A stretch of DNA of 64,000 bases from Eledone cirrhosa (Eukaryota): assembly GCA_964016885.1 (NCBI GenBank), contig OZ024753.1, positions 24,490,001 to 24,554,000 of the forward strand, read 5' to 3'. Numbering within the stretch: the stretch's first letter is position 1; each line of letters opens with the position of its first letter. Made by a program: the position numbers and the translations under genes. Below, piece by piece: positions 13,880-27,624 of this stretch. The notes below the pieces were generated by a model that did not search any database, was not told where the DNA came from, and was given only the letters and a program-made list of their open reading frames with translations.

Positions 13880-16800
13880 ACTAACACTGTATGTAACAGA
13901 CAGAGGGATAACACTGTATGTAACAGACAGAGGACTAACACTGTATGTAACAGACAGAGGACTAACACTGTATGTAACTGACAGAGGGCTAACACTGTAT
14001 GTAACAGACAGAGGACTAACACTGTATGTAACAGACACAGGGCTAACATTGTATGTAACAGGCAGAGGACTAACACTGTATGAACAGACATAGGACTGAC
14101 ACTGTATGTCACAGACAGAGGACTAACAGTGTATGTAACAGACAGAGGACTAACACTGTATGTAACAGACAGAGGACTCATACTGCATGTAACAGACAGA
14201 GGGTTAACACTGTATGTAACAGACAGAGGACTAACCCTGTATGTAACAGACAGAGGACTAACTGTGTATGTAACAGACAGAGGACTAACACTGTATGTAA
14301 CAGACAGAGGACTGACACTGTATGTAACAGACAGAGGACTAACACTGTATGTAACAGACAGAGGACTAACACTATGTAACAGACAGCGGACTAACACTGT
14401 ATGTAACAGACAGAGGACTAACACTGTATGTAACAGACAGAGGACTAACACTGTATGCAACAGACAGAGGACTAACACTGTATGTAACAGACACATGACG
14501 AACACTGTATGCAACAGACAGAGGACTAATACTGTATGTAACAGACAGAGGACTAACACTGTATGTAACAGACAGAGGACTAACACTGTATGTAACAGAC
14601 AGACGACTAACACTGTATGTAACAGACAGCGGACGAACACTGTATGTAACAGACAGAGGACAAATACTGTATGTAACAGACAGAGGACTAACATTGTATG
14701 TAACAGACAGAGGACTAACACTGTATGTAACAGACAGCGGACTAACACTGTATGTAACAGACAGAGGACTGACAATGTATGTAACAGACAGAGGACTAAC
14801 ACTGTATGTAACAGACAGAGGACTAACACTGTATGTAACAGGCAGAGGGTTAACACTGTATGTAACAGACAGAGGGTTAACTCTGTATGTAACAGACAGG
14901 ACTAACACGGCATGTAACAGACAGAGGACTAACACTGTATGTAACAGACAGAGGACTAACACGGCATGTAACAGACAGAGGACTAACACTGTATGTAACA
15001 GACAGAGGACTAACACTGTATGCAACAGACAGAGAACGAACACTGTATGTAACAGACAGAGGACTAACACTGTATGTAACAGACAGAGGGTTAACACTGT
15101 ATGTAACAGACAGAGGACTAACACTGTATGTAACAGACAGAGGACTATCACTGTATGTAACATACAGAGGACTAACACTGTATGTAACAGACAGAGGGTT
15201 AACAATGTATGTAACAGACAGAGGACTAACCCTGTATGTAACAGACAGAGGACTAACTGTGTATGTAACAGACAGAGGACTAACACTGTATGTAACTGAC
15301 AGAGGACTAACACTGTATGTAACAGACAGAGGGTTAACTCTGTATGTAACAGACAGAGGACTAACACGGCATATAACAGACAGAGGACTAACACTGTATG
15401 TAACAGACAGAGGACTAACACTGTATGTAACAGACAGAGGACTAACATTGTATGTAACAGACAGAGGACTAACACGATATGTAACAGACAGAGGACTAAC
15501 ACTGTATGTAAGAAGCAGAGGACTAACATTGTATGTAACAGACAGAGGACTAACACGATATGTAACAGACAGAGGAATAACACTATATGTAACAGACAGT
15601 GGACTAACCCTGTATGTAACAGACAGAGGACTAACACTGTATGTAACAGACAGAGGACTAACACTGTATGTAACAGACAGAGGGATAACACTGTATGTAA
15701 CAGACAGAGGACTAACACTGTATGTAACAGACAGAGGACTAACACTGTATGTAACTGACAGAGGGCTAACACTGTATGTAACAGACAGAGGACTAACACT
15801 GTATGTAACAGACAGAGGGCTAACACTGTATGTAACAGGCAGAGGACTAACACTGTATGTAACAGACAGAGGACTGACACTGTATGTCACAGACAGAGGA
15901 CTAACAGTGTATGTAACAGACAGAGGACTAACACTGTATGTAACAGACAGAGGACTCATACTGCATGTAACAGACAGAGGGTTAACACTGTATGTAACAG
16001 ACAGAGGACTAACCCTGTATGTAACAGACAGAGGACTAACTGTGTATGTAACAGACAGAGGACTAACACTGTATGTAACAGACAGAGGACTGACACTGTA
16101 TGTAACAGACAGAGGACTAACACTGTATGTAACAGACAGAGGACTAACACTATGTAACAGACAGCGGACTAACACTGTATGTAACAGACAGCGGACGAAC
16201 ACTGTATGTAACAGACAGAGGACTAATACTGTATGTAACAGACAGAGTACTAACACTGTATGTAACAGACAGAGGACTAACACTGTATGTAACAGACAGA
16301 GGATAAACACTGTATGTAACAGACAGAAGACTAACACTGTATGTAATAGACAGAGGAGTAACACTGTATGTAACAGACAGATGACGAACACTGTATGCAA
16401 CAGATAGAGGACTAATACTGTATGTAACAGACAGAGGACTAACACTGTATGTAACAGACAGAGGACTAACACTGTATGTAACAGACAGACGACTAACACT
16501 GTATGTAACAGACAGCGGACGAACACTGTATGTAACAGACAGAGGACTAATACTGTATGTAACAGACAGAGGACTAACATTGTATGTAACAGACAGAGGA
16601 CTAACACTGTATGTAACAGACAGCGGACTAACACTGTATGTAACAGACAGAGGACTGACAATGTATGTAACAGACAGAGGACTAACACTGTATGTAACAG
16701 ACAGAGGACTAACACTGTATGTAACAGACAGAGGACTAACACTGTATGTAACAGGCAGTGGGTTAACACTGTATGTAACAGACAGAGGATTAACTCTGTA

Positions 16801-19720
16801 TGTAACAGACAGGACTAACACGGCATGTAACAGACAGAGGACTAACACTGTATGTAACAGACAGAGGGTTAACTCTGTATGTAACAGACAGAGGACTAAC
16901 ACGGCATGTAACAGACAGAGGACTAACACTGTATGTAACAGACAGAGGACTAACACTGTATGCAACAGACAGAGAACGAACACTGTATGTAACAGACAGA
17001 GGACTAACACTGTATGTAACAGACAGCGGACTAACACTGTATGTAACAGACAGAGGACTGACAATGTATGTAACAGACAGAGGACTAACACTGTATGTAA
17101 CAGACAGAGGACTAACACTGTATGTAACAGGCAGAGGGTTAACACTGTATGTAACAGACAGAGGGTTAACTCTGTATGTAACAGACAGGACTAACACGGC
17201 ATGTAACAGACAGAGGACTAACACTGTATGTAACAGACAGAGGGTTAACTCTGTATGTAACAGACAGAGGACTAACACGGCATGTAACAGACAGAGGACT
17301 AACACTGTATGTAACAGACAGAGGACTAACACTGTATGCAACAGACAGAGAACGAACACTGTATGTAACAGACAGAGGACTAACACTGTATGTAACAGAC
17401 AGAGGGTTAACACTGTATGTAACAGACAGAGGACTAACACTGTATGTAACAGACAGAGGACTATCACTGTATGTAACATACAGAGGACTAACACTGTATG
17501 TAACAGACAGAGGGTTAACACTGTATGTAACAGACAGAGGACTAACCCTGTATGTAACAGACAGAGGACTAACTGTGTATGTAACAGACAGAGGACTAAC
17601 ACTGTATGTAACTGACAGAGGACTAACACTGTATGTAACAGACAGAGGGTTAACTCTGTATGTAACAGACAGAGGACTAACACGGCATATAACAGACAGA
17701 GGACTAACACTGTATGTAACAGACAGAGGACTAACACTGTATGTAACAGACAGAGGACTAACATTGTATGTAACAGACAGAGGACTAACACGATATGTAA
17801 CAGACAGAGGACTAACACTGTATGTAAGAAGCAGAGGACTAACATTGTATGTAACAGACAGAGGACTAACACGATATGTAACAGACAGAGGAATAACACT
17901 ATATGTAACAGACAGTGGACTAACCCTGTATGTAACAGACAGAGGACTAACACTGTATGTAACAGACAGAGGACTAACACTGTATGTAACAGACAGAGGG
18001 ATAACACTGTATGTAACAGACAGAGGACTAACACTGTATGTAACAGACAGAGGACTAACACTGTATGTAACTGACAGAGGGCTAACACTGTATGTAACAG
18101 ACAGAGGACTAACACTGTATGTAACAGACAGAGGGCTAACACTGTATGTAACAGGCAGAGGACTAACACTGTATGTAACAGACAGAGGACTGACACTGTA
18201 TGTCACAGACAGAGGACTAACAGTGTATGTAACAGACAGAGGACTATCACTGTATGTAACAGACAGAGGACTCATACTGCATGTAACAGACAGAGGGTTA
18301 ACACTGTATGTAACAGACAGGGGACTAACCTGTATGTAACAGACAGAGGACTAACTGTGTATGTAACAGACAGAGGACTAACACTGTATGTAACAGACAG
18401 AGGACTGACACTGTATGTAACAGACAGAGGACTAACACTGTATGTAACAGACAGAGGACTAACACTATGTAACAGACAGCGGACTAACACTGTATGTCAC
18501 AGACAGAGGACTAACACTGTATGTAACAGACAGAGGACTAACACTGTATGCAACAGACAGAGGACTAACACTGTATGTAACAGACAGATGACGAACACTG
18601 TATGCAACAGACAGAGGAATAATACTGTATGTAACAGACAGAGGACTAACACTGTATGTAACAGACAGAGGACTAACACTGTATGTAACAGACAGACGAC
18701 TAACACTGTATGTAACAGACAGCGGACGAACACTGTATGTAACAGACAGAGGACTAATACTGTATGTAACAGACAGAGGACTAACATTGTATGTAACAGA
18801 CAGAGGACTAACACTGTATGCAACAGACAGCGGACTAACACTGTATGTAACAGACAGAGGACTGACAATGTATGTAACAGACAGAGGACTAACACTGTAT
18901 GTAACAGGCAGAGGGTTAACACTGTATGTAACAGACAGAGGATTAACTCTGTATGTAACAGACAGGACTAACACGGCATGTAACAGACAGAGGACTAACA
19001 CTGTATGTAACAGACAGAGGGTTAACTCTGTATGTAACAGACAGAGGACTAACACGGCATGTAACAGACAGAGGACTAACACTGTATGTAACAGACAGAG
19101 GACTAACACTGTATGCAACAGACAGAGAACGAACACTGTATGTAACAGACAGAGGACTAACACTGTATGTAACAGACAGAGGGTTAACACAGTATGTAAC
19201 AGACAGAGGACTAACACTGTATGTAACAGACAGAGGACTATCACTGTATGTAACATACAGAGGACTAACACTGTATGTAACAGACAGAGGGTTAACACTG
19301 TATGTAACAGACAGAGGACTAACCCTGTATGTAACAGACAGAGGACTAACTGTGTATGTAACAGACAGAGGACTAACACTGTATGTAACTGACAGAGGAC
19401 TAACACTGTATGTAACAGACAGAGGGTTAACTCTGTATATAACAGACAGAGGACTAACACGGCATATAACAGACAGAGGACTAACACTGTATGTAACAGA
19501 CAGAGGACTAACACTGTATGTAACAGACAGAGGACTAACATTGTATGTAACAGACAGAGGACTAACACGATATGTAACAGACAGAGGACTAACACTGTAT
19601 GTAAGAAGCAGAGGACTAACATTGTATGTAACAGACAGAGGACTACCACGATATATAACAGACAGAGGAATAACACTATATGTAACAGACAGTGGACTAA
19701 CCCTGTATGTAACAGACAGA
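13880..19720. repeat. Approximately triplicated ~1.8-2.3 kb block, with an internal 376-bp duplication in the middle copy
   Basis: Markers: 25-bp CACTATGTAACAGACAGCGG unit at ~14370, 16149, 18463; CTCATACTGC at 14177, 15955, 18271 (offsets 1778, 2316); AGAAGCAG at ~15511, 17827, 19605; 25-bp GACAGGACTAACACGGC unit at ~14895, 16808, 17184, 18961. Confidence 0.85.
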
Positions 19721-22229
19721 GGACTAACACTGTATGTAACAGACAGAGGACTAACACTGTATGTAACAGAAAGAGCGTTAACACTGTATGTAACAGACAG
19801 AGGACTAACACGATATGTAACAGACAGAGGACTAACACTGTATGTAACAGACAGAGGACTAATACTGTCTGTAACAGACAGAGGGTTAACACTGTATGTA
19901 ACAGACAGAGGACTAACACTGTATGTAACAGACAGAGGTCTAACTCTGTATGTAACAGACAGAGGACTAACACGATATGTAACAGACAGAGGACTATCAC
20001 TGTATGTAACAGACAGAGAACTAACACTATATGTAACAGACAGAGGACTAATACTGTATGTAACAGACAGAGGACTAACACTGTATGTAACAGAAATAGG
20101 GTTAACAATGTATGTAACAAACAGAGGACTGACACTGTATGTAACAGACAGAGGACTAACACTGTATGTAACAGACAGAGGACTAACACTGTATGTAACA
20201 GACAGCTGACTAACACTGTATGTAACAGACAGAGGATTAACACTGTATGTAACAGACAGAGGACTAACACTGTATGTAACAGACAGAGGACTAAAACTGT
20301 ATGCAACAGACAGAGGACGAACACTGTATGTAACAGACAGAGGACTAACACTATATGTAACAGACAGACGACTAACACTGTATGTAACAGACAGAGGACT
20401 AACACTGTATGTAACAGACAGAGGACTAACACTGTATGTAACAGAAAGAGGACTAACACTGTATGCAACAGACAGAGGACGAACCCTGTATGTAACAGAC
20501 AGAGGACTAACATTGTATGTAACAGACAGAGGTTAACACTGTATGTAACAGACAGAGGACTAACACTGTATGTAACAGACAGACGACTAACACTGTATGT
20601 AACAGACAGAGGACTAACACTGTATGTAACAGAGAGCGGACTAACACTGTATGTAACAGACAGAGGACTGACACTGTATGTAACAGACAGAGGACTAACA
20701 CTGTATGTAACAGACAGAGGAATAACACTGTATGTAACAGACAGAGGGTTAACACTGTATGTAACAGACAGAGGGTTAACTCTGTATGTAACAGACAGAG
20801 GACTAACACGGCATGTAACAGACAGAGGACTAACACTGTATGTAACAGACAGAGGGTTAACTCTGTATGTAACATGCAGAGGACTAACACTGTATGTAAC
20901 AGACAGAGGGTTAACACTGTTTGTAACAGACAGAGGACTAACCCTGCATGTAACAGACAGAGGACTAACTGTGTATGTAACAGACAGAGGACTAACACTG
21001 TATGTAACAGACAGAGGACTAACACTGTATGTAACAGACAGAGGGTTAACTCTGTATGTAACAGACAGAGGACTAACACGGCATGTAACAGACAGAGGAC
21101 TAACACTGTATGTAACAGACAGAGGACTAACACTGTATGTAACAGAGAGAGGACTAACATTGTATGTAACAGACAGAGGACTAACACGATATGTAACAGA
21201 CAGAGGACTAACACTGTATGTAAGAGACAGAGGACTAACGTTGTATGTAAAAGACAGAGGACTATCACGATATGTAACAGACAGAGGACTAACACTGTAT
21301 GTAACAGACAGAGGACTAACACTATATGTAACAGACAGAGGACTAACCCTGTATGTAACAGACAGAGTACTAACTGTGTATGTAACAGGCAGAGGACTAA
21401 CACTGTATGTAACAGACAGAGGACTAACACTGTATGTAACAGACAGAGGACTAACACTGTATGTAACAGAAAGAGGGTTAACACTGTATGTACCAGACAG
21501 AGGACTAACCCTGTATGTAACAGACAGAGGACTAAGAAGATATGTAACAGACAGAGGACTAACACTGTATGTAACAGACAGAGGACTAACACTGTATGCA
21601 ACAGACAGAGGACGAACACTGTATGCAACAGACAGAGGACTAATACTGTATGTAACAGACAGAGGACTAACACTGTATGTAACAGACAGAGAACTAACAC
21701 TAAATGTAACAGACGGAGGACTAATACTGTATGTAACAGACAGAGGACTAATATTGTATGTAACAGACAGAGGACTAACACTGTATGTAACAGACAGAGG
21801 ACTAAACCTGTATGTAACAGACGGAGGACTAACACTGTATGTAACTGACCGAGGGTTAAGATTGTATGTAACAGACAGAAGACTAACACTGTATGTAATA
21901 GACAGAGGACGAATACTGTATGTAACAGACAGAGGATAAACACTGTATGTAACAGACAGAGGACTAACACAGTATGTAACAGACAGAGGACTAACACTGT
22001 ATGTAACAGACAGAGGACTAACACTGTATGTAACAGACAGAGTACTAACACTGTATGTAACATACAGAGGACTGACACTGTATGTAACAGACAGAGGACT
22101 AACACTGTATGTAACAGACAGAGGGCTAACACTGTATGTAACAGACAGCGGACTAACACTGTATATAACAGACAGAGGACTAACACTGTATGTAACAGAC
22201 AGAGGACTAACATTGTATGTAACAGACAG

Positions 22230-25200
22230 AGGACTAACACTGTATGTAACAGACAGAGGACTAACACTGTATGCAACAGACAGAGGACTAACACTGTATG
22301 TAAAAGACAGAGGACGAACACTGTATGCAACAGACAGAGGACTAATACTGTATGTAACAGACAGAGGACTAACACTGTATGTAACAGACAGAGGACTAAC
22401 TCTGTATGTAACAGACAGACGACTAACACTGTATGTAACAGACAGCGACCAACACTGTATGTAACAGACAGAGGACTAATACTGTATGTAACAGACAGAG
22501 GACTAACACTGTATGTAACATACAGAGGACTAACACTGTATGTAACAGACAGAGGGATAACACTGTATGTGACAGACAGAGGACTAACACTGTATGTAAC
22601 AGACAGAGGACTAACACTGTATGTAACAGACAGAGGGCTAACACTGTATGTAACAGACAGAGGACTAACACTGTAACAGACAGAGGGCTAACACTGTATG
22701 TAACAGGCAGAGGACTAACACTGTATGTAACAGACAGAGGACTGACACTGTATGTCACAGACAGAGGAATAACAGTGTATGTAACAGACAGAGGACTAAC
22801 ACTGTATGTAACAGACAGAGGACTAACACTGTATGTAACAGACAGAGGACTAACACTGTATGTAACAGAAAGAGGGTTAACACTGTATGTACCAGACAGA
22901 GGACTAACCCTGTATGTAACAGACAGAGGACTAACACGATATGTAACAGACAGAGGACTAACACGATATGTAACAGACAGAGGACTAACGCTGTATGTAA
23001 CAGACAGAGAACTAACACTAAATGTAACAGACGGAAGACTAATACTGTATGTAACAGACAGAGGACTAATATTGTATGTAACAGACAGAGGACTAACACT
23101 GTATGTAACAGACAGAGGACTAACCCTGTATGTAACAGACGGAGGACTAACACTGTATGTAACTGACCGAGGGTTAAGATTGTATGTAACAGACAGAAGA
23201 CTAACACTGTATGTAATAGACAGAGGACGAACACTGAATGTAACAGACAGAGGATAAACACTGTATGTAACAGACAGAGGACTAACACTGTATGTAACAG
23301 ACAGAGGACTAACACTGTATGTAACAGACAGAGGACTGACACTGTATGTAACAGACAGAGAACTAACACTGTATGTAACAGACAGAGGACTAACACTGTA
23401 TGTAACAGACAGCGGACTAACACTGTATGTAACAGACAGAGGACTAACACTGTATGTAACAGACAGAGGACTAACACTGTATGTAACAGACAGAGGACTA
23501 ACACTGTATGCAACAGACAGAGGACTAACACTGTATGTAAAAGACAGAGGACGAACACTGTATGCAACAGACAGAGGACTAACACTGTATGTAACAGACA
23601 GAGGACTAACACTGTATGTAACAGACAGACGACTAACACCGAATGTAACAGACAGCGACGAACACTGTATGTAACAGACAGAGGACTAATACTGTATGTA
23701 ACAGACAGAGGACTAACACTGTATGTAACAGACAGAGGACTAACACTGTATGTAACATGCAGAGGACTAACACTGTATGTAACAGACAGAGGGATAACAC
23801 TGTATGTGACAGACAGAGGACTAACACTGTATGTAACAGACAGAGGACTAACACTGTATGTAACAGACAGAGGGCTAACACTGTATATAACAGACAGAGG
23901 ACTAACACTGTATGTAACAGACAGAGGACTAACACTGTATGTAACAGACAGAGGACTAACACTGTATGTAACAGACAGAGGACTAACACTGTATGTAAAA
24001 GACAGAGGACGAACACTGTATGCAACAGACAGAGGACTAACACTGTATGTAACAGACAGAGGACTAACACTGTATGTAACAGACAGAGGACTAACACTGT
24101 ATGTAACAGACAGAGGACTAACACTGTATGCAACAGACAGAGGACTAACACTGTATGTAAAAGACAGAGGACGAACACTGTATGCAACAGACAGAGGACT
24201 AATACTGTATGTAACAGACAGAGGACTAACACTGTATGTAACAGACAGAGGACTAACTCTGTATGTAACAGACAGACGACTAACACTGTATGTAACAGAC
24301 AGCGACCAACACTGTATGTAACAGACAGAGGACTAATACTGTATGTAACAGACAGAGGACTAACACTGTATGTAACAGACAGAGGACTAACACTGTATGT
24401 AACATACAGAGGACTAACACTGTATGTAACAGACAGAGGGATAACACTGTATGTGACAGACAGAGGACTAACACTGTATGTAACAGACAGAGGACTAACA
24501 CTGTATGTAACAGACAGAGGGCTAACACTGTATGTAACAGACAGAGGACTAACACTGTAACAGACAGAGGGCTAACACTGTATGTAACAGGCAGAGGACT
24601 AACACTGTATGTAACAGACAGAGGACTGACACTGTATGTCACAGACAGAGGAATAACAGTGTATGTAACAGACAGAGGACTAACACTGTATGTAACAGAC
24701 AGAGGACTAACACTGTATGTAACAGACAGAGGACTAACACTGTATGTAACAGAAAGAGGGTTAACACTGTATGTACCAGACAGAGGACTAACCCTGTATG
24801 TAACAGACAGAGGACTAACACGATATGTAACAGACAGAGGACTAACACGATATGTAACAGACAGAGGACTAACGCTGTATGTAACAGACAGAGAACTAAC
24901 ACTAAATGTAACAGACGGAGGACTAACACTGTATGCAACAGACAGAGGACTAATACTGTATGTAACAGACAGAGGACTAATATTGTATGTAACAGACAGA
25001 GGACTAACACTGTATGTAACAGACAGAGGACTAACCCTGTATGTAACAGACGGAGGACTAACACTGTATGTAACTGACCGAGGGTTAAGATTGTATGTAA
25101 CAGACAGAAGACTAACACTGTATGTAATAGACAGAGGACGAACACTGTATGTAACAGACAGAGGATAAACACTGTATGTAACAGACAGAGGACTAACACT

Positions 25201-25990
25201 GTATGTAACAGACAGAGGACTAACACTGTATGTAACAGACAGAGGACTAACACTGTATGTAACAGACAGAGTACTAACACTGTATGTAACATACAGAGGA
25301 CTGACACTGTATGTAACAGACAGAGGACTAACACTGTATGTAACAGACAGAGGACTAACACTGTATGTAACAGACAGCGGACTAACACTGTATGTAACAG
25401 ACAGAGGACTAACACTGTATGTAACAGACAGAGGACTAACACTGTATGTAACAGACAGAGGACTAACACTGTATGCAACAGACAGAGGACTAACACTGTA
25501 TGTAAAAGACAGAGGACGAACACTGTATGCAACAGACAGAGGACTAATACTGTATGTAACAGACAGAGGACTAACACTGTATGTAACAGACAGAGGACTA
25601 ACACTGTATGTAACAGACAGACGACTAACACCGTATGTAACAGACAGCGACGAACACTGTATGTAACAGACAGAGGACTAATACTGTATGTAACAGACAG
25701 AGGACTAACACTGTATGTAACAGACAGAGGACTAACACTGTATGTAACATGCAGAGGACTAACACTGTATGTAACAGACAGAGGGATAACACTGTATGTG
25801 ACAGACAGAGGACTAACACTGTATGTAACAGACAGAGGACTAACACTGTATGTAACAGACAGAGGGCTAACACTGTATGTAACAGACAGAGGACTAACAC
25901 TGTATGTTACAGACAGAGGGCTAACACTGTATGTAACAGGCAGAGGACTAACACTGTATGTAACAGACAGAGGACTGACACTGTATGTCA
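22230..25990. repeat. Tandem duplication of ~1.9-2.0 kb
   Basis: Markers: GCGACCAAC at ~22445 and 24302; 23-bp CACTGTAACAG unit at ~22669 and 24553; GTACCAG at ~22889 and 24773; GCGACGAAC at ~23655 and 25647. ORF pairs are offset by 1857 (22423/24280), 1884 (22775/24659) and 1992 (23633/25625). Confidence 0.85.
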
Positions 25991-27624
25991 CAGACAGAGG
26001 AATAACAGTGTATGTAACAGACAGAGGACTAACACTGTATGTAACAGACAGAGGACTCATACTGCATGTAACAGACAGAGGGCTAACACTGTATGTAACA
26101 TACAGAGGACTAACACTGTATGTAACATACAGAGGACTAACACTGTATGTAACAGACAGAGGGATAACACTGTATGTAACAGACAGAGGACTAACACTGT
26201 ATGTAACAGACAGAGGACTAACACTGTATGTAACAGACAGAGGGCTAACACTGTATGTAACAGACAGAGGACTAACACTGTATGTAACAGACAGAGGGCT
26301 AACACTGTATGTAACAGGCAGAGGAATAACAGTGTATGTAACAGACAGAGGACTAACACTGTATGTAACAGACAGAGGACTCATACTGCATGTAACAGAC
26401 AGAGGGTTAACACTGTATGTAACAGACAGAGGACTAACCCTGTATGTAACAGACAGAGGACTAACTGTGTATGTAACAGACAGAGGACTAACACTGTATG
26501 TAACAGACAGAGGACTGACACTGTATGTAACAGACAGAGGACTAACACTGTATGTAAGAGACAGAGGACTAACACTGTATGTAACAGACAGCGGACTAAC
26601 ACTGTATGTAACAGACAGAGGACCAACACTGTATGTAACAGACAGAGGACTAACACTGTATGTAACAGACAGAGGACTAACACTGTATGCAACAGACAGA
26701 GGACTAACACTGTATGTAACAGACAGAGGACGAACACTGTATGCAACAGACAGAGGACTAATACTGTATGTAACAGACAGAGGACTAACACTGTATGTAA
26801 CAGACAGAGGACTAACACTGTATGTAACAGACAGACGACTAACACTGTATGTAACAGACAGCGGACGAACACTGTATGTAACAGACAGAGGACTAATACT
26901 GTATGTAACAGACAGAGGACTAACACTGTATGTAACAGACAGAGGACTAACACTGTATGTAACAGACAGCGGTCTAACACTGTATGTAACAGACAGAGGA
27001 CTGACACTGTATGTAACAGACAGAGGACTAACACTGTATGTAACAGACAGAGGACTAACACTGTATGTAACAGGCGGAGGGTTAACACTGTATGTAACAG
27101 ACAGAGGGTTAACTCTGTATGTAACAGACAGAGGACTAACACGGCATGTAACAGACAGAGGACTAACACTGTATGTAACAGACAGAGGACTAACACTGTA
27201 TGCAACCGACAGAGGACGAACACTGTATGTAACAGACAGAGGACTAACACTGTATGTAACAGACAGACGACTAACATTGTATGTAACAGACAGCGGACGA
27301 ACACTGTATGTAACAGACAGAGGACTAATACTGTATGTAACAGACAGAGGACTAACACTGTATGTAACACACAGAGGACTAACACTGTATGTAACATACA
27401 GAGGACTAACACTGTATGTAACAGACAGAGGGATAACACTGTATGTAACAGACAGGGGACTAACACTGTATGTAACAGACAGAGGACTAACACTGTATGT
27501 AACTGACAGAGGGCTAACACTGTATGTAACAGACAGAGGACTAACACTGTATGTAACAGAAAGAGGGCTAACACTGTATGTAACAGGCAGAGGACTAACA
27601 CTGTATGTAACAGACAGAGGACTG

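Noticed and set aside
20097-20104. Telomere-like GGGTTA/TAGGGTTA in variant monomers (TAGGGTTA at 20097, 29397, 33930, 43722, 44235, 57139)
   Set aside because: These are only isolated hexamers or octamers, never tandem TTAGGG. They are reachable by 2-4 substitutions from the consensus, with intermediates (GGGCT, GGATT) present. This is not evidence of telomeric origin.
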